A stretch of DNA of 64,000 bases from the human T2T-CHM13v2.0 reference genome, Homo sapiens. The notes beneath the pieces were generated by a model. It was not told the origin of the DNA. It did not search any database and saw only the letters and a program-made list of their open reading frames with translations. The number at the start of each line of letters is the position of its first letter. Positions within the stretch are counted from its first letter, which is position 1. The stretch is from NCBI RefSeq assembly GCF_009914755.1, contig NC_060937.1; one strand, written 5' to 3'. Made by a program: the position numbers and the translations under genes. Below, piece after piece: positions 58,427-64,000 of this stretch.

Positions 58427-59799
58427 CTATTAAAAAAATCACAATAATTTAAAATAATTATAAATAAGAATAAAAATAGAATCTGTAGAGTAGAAATCTT
58501 AGAATAATATCCAGAAAGGATTCTTCTTACAGCAACAACAACAACAACAAAAGTTGTAAAAGAGGGATAGAGCCATTCCTTCTGTTATTTTGCATAACAC
58601 TCCATAACCATCGTTGTTCAAGTAGGCAATAAACAATAAGGGATAAAATACTCAAGGTGGACTTCAGCATGAAACAAGATCTTACATCAGGCCAAAAAGG
58701 AAGTTTAGAATAGTGAAATAAATGTTACTTCAAAATATGATCTCTAGGCCTTTACTAATGAAGCAGCACTGAGAGAGTTAAAGCAAGAAAGTCTTTGAGC
58801 TTTTGTTGAATGTTGGAAATACTTGGAAAACACTTGCTTTTCCTAATTATAAAATCAACAGGTGAGAATTCCATTAAACGTAATGAGTGAGGCAGATTCA
58901 CACATTCTTCAATTCTTTAATAAAATAACAAAAATAACAAAACTGCTAAAAAAAAGAAAAAACCATCAGCAACCAAACAACAAAAGGGGGTATAAGTTTA
59001 AGCCACAATTTTGAAAAACAGCAGTCAGAGAAACAGTAGACTCAGGTGTGGGATCGTCTAGCATGTCTCCTAATCCTACCACCACCCCGACCCCGCTTCT
59101 CAGAATGTCAGATTACTGCCTTAGGAGGAATTCATTACATGAATTCATTTAATTCATTCATTAATTCATTTAATGAATTCCTTAGGAGGAATTCATTAAA
59201 ATCTTCAATTCTGCAATAAGTAGATTAACAGGGTGAGAAGACAACCCTGAGACAAGTCATGGCAAACTCTTCAGCAAGCTCCTCTCTGGAGCTTGGTGGG
59301 ACTTGAGCACAGTGAAGAAGGGCTTCAACGGCTTCTTTCAGGGCACTATGTTAAATTGAGGGAATAATCAGAAGCCCACAGGGTGGGATATACCTTGGAG
59401 GGTGGAGTGGGCTGTGATCTGGAACATTTTAATAGAATCACAGAGAGAAAGCAGAGTCTAGGTGCTCCAGTAAGGATTACATTTAGACCAGGGAACTCCC
59501 TTCTCTCCTTTAGTCAACAAAATGGTGGAGCAAAATGCAGCACCTGCAGCTCAGGGGAAAAGATAAATTAGTTCCAGATATGGTGGGAAGAGTATTAAGG
59601 AGAATATCATTTGTGCTCTACCAGAGCAGAGAGGGTCTGGATAGAGCATGGGCATGAGGAAAATGTAAGGCATGACAACTATACAAAGACACTGTAGCAA
59701 GAAATAGAAAAAGAACAAATCAGGTAAAAGGCACAAAAACCCAGTCTAGAAGAACTGATAACCCAAGGAACAAATAAGTATTTCTCATGAGACCTTTAA

Positions 59800-61770
59800 A
59801 GAAAATAACTTTTTATTTTGGGATACCTATAGATTTCACACACAATGGTAAGAAACAATACAAAAAGATCCTCTCTGCCCTTTACTCAGTATCCTCCAAT
59901 GGTAGCATCTTGCAAAACTATGGTGAAATATCACAACTTGACACAGTCAACATATAGAACATTCCTTCACCACAAGGATTCCTCATGTTGCTTTTATAGC
60001 TACACCAGCTTTCCTCCTGCTCCCACCCTCTTTTTAGCCTCTGACAACAATTAATGAATTCTCCATTTCCATTATGTTGTCATTTCAAACATGTTATATA
60101 AATAGAATCATACAGTTTGTAACTTTCAGGAACTGGCATTTTTTTTTTTTTCCCAGCATAATTCTCTGGAGATTCATTCAGGTTGTCGTATCTTTTGCCA
60201 TATCAATTGTGTTTCTTTTTATTGCAGAGCAGTATTTCATGGTAATGGAGTCCCACAGTTTATTCAACAAAAGATATCTAGATTGTTTCCCGTTTGGGCT
60301 GGATGCTGCCCAACTGAGCTGCTAAGAACATGTGTGTACAGGTTTTGTACGAACAATCCCAGGAGCACAATCACTATTTTCCAGAGTGGTGGTTTTACAT
60401 TCCCACTAGCAATGAGTGATTCAGTTTCTCTGCATCCTTGCCACCATCTGGTGTGTCAGTGGTTTGTTTTTAGTCATTTGGGTGGCTGTATATCTCTCTA
60501 TGGTTTTAATTTGCATTGCGCTAATGACTAAAGGTGGTGAATATCCTTTTATGTGCTTGTTTTTGCCTATTTTCTTTGGAGAAATATTAAAAGTCCTTTG
60601 TCCAGTTTTTAATTGGGTTGTTAATCACTTTGTGGTTAAATTGTAAGAAGAGTTCTTTATATATACTGATAGACCCTTATTAGATATGTGATTTGCAAGT
60701 ATCTTCTTCCATTATGTTGGTTATCTTTTCACACTCTTGACAGTGTCCTCTGATGAACACAAATTTTTAATTTTTTTTTTTTTTTTTTTTTGAGACGGAG
60801 TCTCGCTCTGTTGCCCAGGCTGGAGTGCAGTGGCTCGATCTCGGCTCCCTGCGAGCTCCGCCTCCCAGGTTCACACCATTCTCCTGCCTCAGCCTCCTGA
60901 GTAGCTGGGACTACGGGTGCCCGCCACCAGGCCCAGCTAATTTTTTTTGTATTTTTAGTAGAGACAGGGTTTCACCATGTTAGCCAGGATGGTCTCGATC
61001 TCCTGACCTCGTTATCTGCCCACCTCCGCCTCCCAAAATGACGAATTTTTAATTTTGATGAAATCCAATATATCTACTTTTTCTTCTGTTGCTTGTGATT
61101 TTAGTATCATTATCTAAGAAACTGTTGCCAAATCCAATGCCATGAAGCTTTGCTCTTATGTTTTCTTCTAAGAGCTCTATAAGTTTAGCTCTTACATCTA
61201 CTTGAATTAATTTTTATATGTGGTGTGAGACAGGAGTCCGACTTTATTCTTTTACACATAGATATCCAGTTGTACCAGCAACATTTGCTGAAGAGATTTC
61301 CTTAGTTTCTGAAAATTGTGAATGGTATTATATTTAAAATTTTTGTGTCCCTGGTGTTCACTGATATATACACATGACTGATTTTTGTACATTTTTCTTG
61401 TACCTAGTCACCTTCCTAAAATCAATTATTAGTTCTAGAAGCTTTGTTTTGTTTTGTGATTTTTTTTTTGCAGATTTCCTGGGAGTTTCTACAGAGACAA
61501 TGCCATCTACGAAAAGAGACTGTTTCATTTCTTACTTTCCAATCAATAGGCCTTTTATTTCCTTGTCTTGCCTTACTGGAGTGGCTAGAACTTTCAGCAC
61601 TGTATTGAACAAGAGTAGCAAGAATGGACATCCTTGCCTTACTCCTGATGTCAGGGGAAAAGAATTCAGTCTTTCATCAATAAGTATGTTAGCTGTAGGT
61701 TTTTTGTAGATGCTCTTTACCAAGTTCAATGCCCACCTCCCTGCCCTATTTGTTTTAATGAGTGCTTTTA
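59800..61770 (-). mobile_element. Old L1 3' region with an AluY-like copy (60770-61040)
   Basis: L1 ORF2 remnant [40 protein letters not shown] on the minus strand. Confidence 0.85.
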
Positions 61771-61780
61771 AAAAAACTAC

Positions 61781-62151
<371 letters not shown>

Positions 62152-62382
62152 TTACTTCTTATATTAAAACAGAAAAAATAATATAGATATATCTATTTAC
62201 TTCTTTACATGTATACTTATATATACATAAAATCTCTCTGGAAGAATACACAAGAAACTAAAAGTACTAATTGCCCAGGGAGGAGAACTGTGTGAATGAG
62301 AGGGAAATTCTGCTCTACCTACATACTCCTGTGCACCACCTGAAGTTAGGAACATGTAAATATAGCACATATATTTAAAATA

Positions 62383-62566
62383 CAGTCATGTACTGCTGAG
62401 AAATGCATTGTTAAGTGATTGTCACTGTGCAAACATCAGAGTGTACTTACACAAACCTAGATGGTATACCCCACCACACACCTCTGCCATAAAGTATAGC
62501 CTATTGTTCAGACCACCACGTATATGCAGTCTGTTGTTGACTGAAAAGTTATATGGTGCATGACTG
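62383..62566 (+). mobile_element. Tigger3-like TcMar DNA transposon, internally deleted
   Basis: TA|CAGTCATG...CATGACTG|TA termini with TA duplication; internal gtgtacttacacaaacctagatggtata. Confidence 0.85.
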
Positions 62567-62683
62567 TATTAAAAAAATTAAATTGCTGATACCAAATCTA
62601 TTGGTAACTATCGGGAATATCTGAACAAACAAAATAGAGTAGCTATTATAAATATCAATTGTTTGGAAATCATCTGTACATAC

Positions 62684-62749
62684 CTGATATCCAGTTTCAT
62701 TAGTTTTCACTGTCATCAAGTCATCTTGTTTACTTATGATCTTCTGCAG
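62684..62749 (-). CDS. MICU2: MICU2 internal coding exon (66 nt, phase 0/0; likely exon 7)
   Basis: ttttag|CTG...CAG|gtatgt; translates LQKIISKQDDLMTVKTNETGYQ and joins the next exon in frame. Confidence 0.93.
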
Positions 62750-62871
62750 CTAAAAAGATTACAAACATGAGTTTACATGTGTGCCTACCAGATTTTTCAA
62801 AACAACCTAAAAAATAGATGCCAACTTATTGTTATAAAATATATACTAGTTATTTGCTAAATATTAACTTC

Positions 62872-63710
<839 letters not shown>

Positions 63711-64000
63711 TATAGTTTTAAAAAAGCTATTTATATCATACACATAGTCTTCCTTTTCCCTTTATGCATTTATAAAGCATTAAAATAATTTAAAGACTTA
63801 CATTTCTACTAATTAGGACACTGTAAATAGTACTTTGAAATTGAGTACATTAAAAAACCTACCTGCCTTTCAGAATCAATTGTATCAATCCTCATATGGA
63901 AAGCAAATTTAAAAAAGAAAGCATTTTAAAAGAATCAGATGTAGACAAAATCCCAAACTATGGATTCAAATCAATTAGGAGACAAACCTCTATCCATTTT

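Noticed and set aside
63857-63960. Donor-like CAG|gtaggt on the minus strand near the window end
   Set aside because: No recognisable MICU2 peptide upstream; cannot support an exon.

Overview
Human/primate-type genomic DNA, very rich in Alu, L1, L2 and LTR repeats. I recognise it as the ZDHHC20-MICU2 locus (13q12.11 by recollection). Both genes are on the minus strand. ZDHHC20 contributes coding exon 1 (7396-7513) and its CpG-island promoter. MICU2 contributes its last six coding exons (41584-62749; 235 codons plus stop, all GT-AG and phase-consistent) and a 3'UTR ending near 41030. Three RNA-derived insertions have visible target-site duplications (TSDs): a 3'-truncated, A-tailed U6 copy (~375-460), a tailless 5S rRNA 5' fragment (15229-15270), and a histone H2B processed pseudogene. 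The H2B insertion is about 2.2 kb (30335-32539), not just the ~350 bp CDS remnant, and has a poly(A) tail, AATAAA, an 11-bp TSD and no histone stem-loop, so it looks like a fossil of a spliced, polyadenylated replication-dependent histone mRNA. I found no convincing new multi-gene biological system. Almost all other ORFs in the track are Alu, L1 or low-complexity artefacts. Repeat boundaries and subfamily names are by eye and approximate.
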